From: Leucoraja erinacea
Lineage: Eukaryota
NCBI RefSeq assembly: GCF_028641065.1
Contig: NC_073415.1
Coordinates: forward strand, 11,842,001 to 11,906,000
Reading direction: 5' to 3'
Length of the DNA: 64,000 nucleotides
Shown here: piece after piece, positions 61,280-64,000 of the stretch
Layout: every line of letters begins with the position of its first letter
How positions within the stretch are numbered: position 1 is the first letter of the stretch
Program-made: the position numbers and the translations under genes
The notes under the pieces: model-generated
The model's input: only the letters and a program-made list of their open reading frames with translations
What the model was told of the DNA's origin: nothing
Database searches by the model: none

Positions 61280-61860
61280 GGCCTGTCCCACTCTGCGGCA
61301 ACTGCGAGCGTCAGTGACTGAAGCGCGTAAAACCATCACGTTGTGTGACATACACACTGACGTATGCTGTCCTGCAGGTGATGCCCGGTTACGGTTAGTG
61401 TTAGGATCAGGGTTGGGGTCAGTGTCAGGGTTGGGGTTAGCGTCAGGGTTAGTGTCAGGGTCAGCGTCAGGGTCGGGGTTAGGGTTGGGGTCAGGGTCGG
61501 GGTTAGCGTCAGGGTTAGGGTCAGGGTTAGGGTCAGCGTTAGGGTTAACGCTAGGGTTAGGGTTAGGACCAGGGTTAGCGTCAGGATTAGTGTCGGGGTT
61601 AGTGTCGGGGTTAGTGTCGGGGTTAGTGTCGGGGTTAGTGTCAGGGTTAGTGTCGGGGTTAGCGTCAGGGTTAGGGTTAGGGTCAGCGTTAGGATTAGAG
61701 TTGGGGACCACAGATAGGCTGTAAAGTATGTGACCAGCGGTTCACCGCACATTATCCCACACACTTTAGGGACAATTTATACAAACACGAGCCTTAGCCT
61801 AACCCTAACCTGAGCCCTCACTTGGTTGCTAGGCTTGGTATAAGTATAAATTGTCCCCAA
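61280..61860. mobile_element. Foldback element, copy 3 (deleted), with expanded TTAGGG-like array
   Basis: GGCCTGTCCCACT terminus, same subterminal sequence as copies 1 and 2, and the inner palindrome at 61745-61860. Confidence 0.72.
61388..61706 (+). repeat. Interstitial degenerate telomeric array (TTAGGG/TCAGGG/TTAGTG/TCGGGG)
   Basis: About 53 in-phase hexamers, including runs of perfect TTAGGG. Confidence 0.88.
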
Positions 61861-62271
61861 CATCTGCATTTATCCCATAGACAATGTTACTAAAACAGAT
61901 GATGGGTCGGTGTATAGTTTAGGGTTGGAGGGAAATGGGTCAAGTGCAAGCAGGTGGGACTAGTGTAGATGGGGCAAGTTGGGCTGAAGGGCCTGTTTCC
62001 ATACTGTGACCATCACTATTACACCAGAATATGGTATTGCAATCCCAAGGCCCTCTTATTCACCGGTGAGTACCTCTGATATTGATGGGGGTGAACTAAT
62101 AGAAGCATGTTCCAAAATGACTGACCCCCAACCCAGGCTAGAAGTGGTCAGATTAAGCTGGCGTTTGAATACTTACTCAGCAACTTTGGCTGTGGTTTGG
62201 AAGAGTCCTTGTCTTTAGCTCCACCTCCCAGTGCCCTGACCCCACCCGTGACCCAACCTCCTTCCCTCCAG

Positions 62272-62457
62272 ATCTGAGAGATTGGAAAGCAGTGTGTGGT
62301 TCCTGGGCTCAGAGCGCCTTCCTAAACCAGCAGAATAGTCGCAGCAAGAACCTTCGGACCATGGGGGCAACCTGTGTCTGGAGGCTGAGGCTCTACCCTC
62401 TGATGTGGAGTGTGGCAGCCATTCTGAGAGAAACTCCGTCCAACCTGGATGTCAAGA
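62272..62457 (+). other. Candidate exon of an unidentified + strand gene
   Basis: Polypyrimidine plus CAG acceptor (62271), GTGAGT donor (62458), and accATGG at 62361 giving MGATCVWRLRLYPLMWSVAAILRETPSNLDVK with a phase-1 end. Non-repetitive sequence. Confidence 0.4.
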
Positions 62458-63134
62458 GTGAGTTTGTTATTGTAGATATTAGATCCTTAGCCCATGTTAA
62501 GCCTCATGATAAAAACCCTTCTCAAGGGGCCTTGATGTTTGCTGACCATGACACGAATTGTCACTGGTGAAAAAACAAACAGCATTGCTGTTCATTGTTG
62601 GGGATGTTGCACAGACAAGAAGGCAGGGTGCTTTAGTTTAAAGAGGGCACCCTGCTGTTTTACTGTGAAACATACCCTGTTTATTTGGGTGATATTGAAC
62701 TTGTAACTAGAGTGTCTAACTTTGCACAGTGGCTGATGTCTCTCATGTTTTAGAACATGTGGGAGAGTGTGGTCTGAAGTGATGCCCTTCTCTCTAATTG
62801 TTTTGAATTAGTGATCAATACTTTTGGTGGGGGGACTGTGTGGTTAGTTTGTGTTGCTGTTGCTGGAGAAATATTACTTTGTTGTGACTCACACTAAATC
62901 CAACTAGGCCATTCGGCCCCCCTCCCCCTGCTAGCTCTTTGATATCGTGGCCAATGTCCATTCCTCAATCGACAAATAACACGGACATCACTCTGCAGTT
63001 TGCTTGCTGCTACCCCAGTCAGAATTACTTCATGAATTGTGGACCACCTGAGGCCCACCTGTAGCCAGACCTCTCTTACAATAAATAGCACAATGGAAAT
63101 ATGGGTCTGGAGACTTTGTTTTAATGAAAATGCT

Positions 63135-63412
63135 AATGTTTAAGGTGAAGGGGAAAAGATTTAATAGGAACCTGAGGGGTAACATTTCCGCACAGAGGGT
63201 GGTGGGTGTATGGAACAAGCTGCCAGAGGAGGTGGTTGAGGCTGGGACTATCCCAATGTTTAAGAAACAGTTAGACAGGTATATGGATAGGACAGGTTTG
63301 GAGGGCTATGGACCAAACGTGGGCAGGTGGGAATAGTGTAGCTGGGGCATGTTGTTTGGGGTGGGCAAGTTGGGCCGAAGGGCCTGTTTCCACACTGTAT
63401 CACTCTATGACT
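63135..63412 (+). mobile_element. CR1 LINE 3' end
   Basis: [33 protein letters not shown] plus tail. Confidence 0.85.
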
Positions 63413-64000
63413 CCATACCCTTCCAGCCCTGAAGTATCAGTCCAATGTTCCAGGGATTAAAATTGCTAATGTACCAGCTGAACAAAGTTCCTTTGTTAGA
63501 GGCTGTTGTTTTATTTATTTTCAAGAGGTTTGCTTTTAAATGCTCCCTATTTTTTTTGCAGTTACACCTATGTTAACTCTACATTGCATTTACATAGTCC
63601 CTGAACCATCCAACAAGTTTAATGGTTTTGTCACATGTCAGCAGTACATTTATTAATCATTTAGCATGTAGTTTTGGAGACCAGGATTGCAACATCCTCA
63701 GCTGGACTTGAACCAGAAACCAAATGCAACAATTTGCAAAAACACAAACGCTTGGTTTGCAGAATGTTTTCTCTCTGCTGCAGCAAGATAACGCTATTAA
63801 CTGTAACAAACTGTGAGCTGAGCTTGTTTGTCACAATTACCAGCAGTGATGTTAGCAGTGGGCCTTATCTAACCACACATGTGTCTCCGTTGATGACTGG
63901 GAATGGGCATGGGAGCCTCTGGATAAGGGCTGGCTGACAAGTGTGGACAGCGTTGTAATTCATTGATTTCATGTTTGTGTCTCTGGATGACCTGCTCTCC

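Noticed and set aside
61388-61706. True chromosome end or end-to-end fusion site
   Set aside because: The array is degenerate, in a single orientation, and embedded between flanks matching an unexpanded copy at 43409-43428.
62280-62740. miR-23/27/24 cluster expected from human 19p13 synteny
   Set aside because: Only short chance matches (GGTTCCTGG, CACAGTGGCT) are present, with no full mature sequence or hairpin.

Overview
This is vertebrate genomic DNA, most likely from a cartilaginous fish such as a skate or ray. That assignment is inferred from HE1/V-SINE-type SINEs, CR1 LINEs and a very abundant Penelope-derived repeat. Three intron-containing genes can be reconstructed exon by exon on the minus strand. 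AP1M2 (AP-1 mu1B) has 12 exons, 423 aa, spans 24758-36880 and has a U12-type intron 2. MRI1 has 6 exons, 358 aa, and spans 15763-21688. C19orf53/LYDG10 has 3 exons, spans 11677-14087 and shows an apparent frameshift in exon 1. A CpG-rich E2F/CCAAT/TATA promoter at about 41.3-41.8 kb faces the + strand and probably starts an unidentified gene with a candidate exon at 62272-62457. The region 42-60 kb is a patchwork of duplicated CR1, RTE and Rex1 fragments. The most notable non-genic signals are: (1) many dispersed, tandem and foldback copies of a repeat carrying a minimal hammerhead-ribozyme core, one of them sense in the probable AP1M2 3'UTR; (2) a three-copy nested-palindrome element with a Harbinger-like terminus whose telomere-like seeds have expanded into interstitial hexamer arrays; (3) intronic repeats that amplify splice sites, notably about 13 tandem donors in MRI1 intron 4. 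There is no CRISPR array or prokaryotic system. Three assembly gaps are present.
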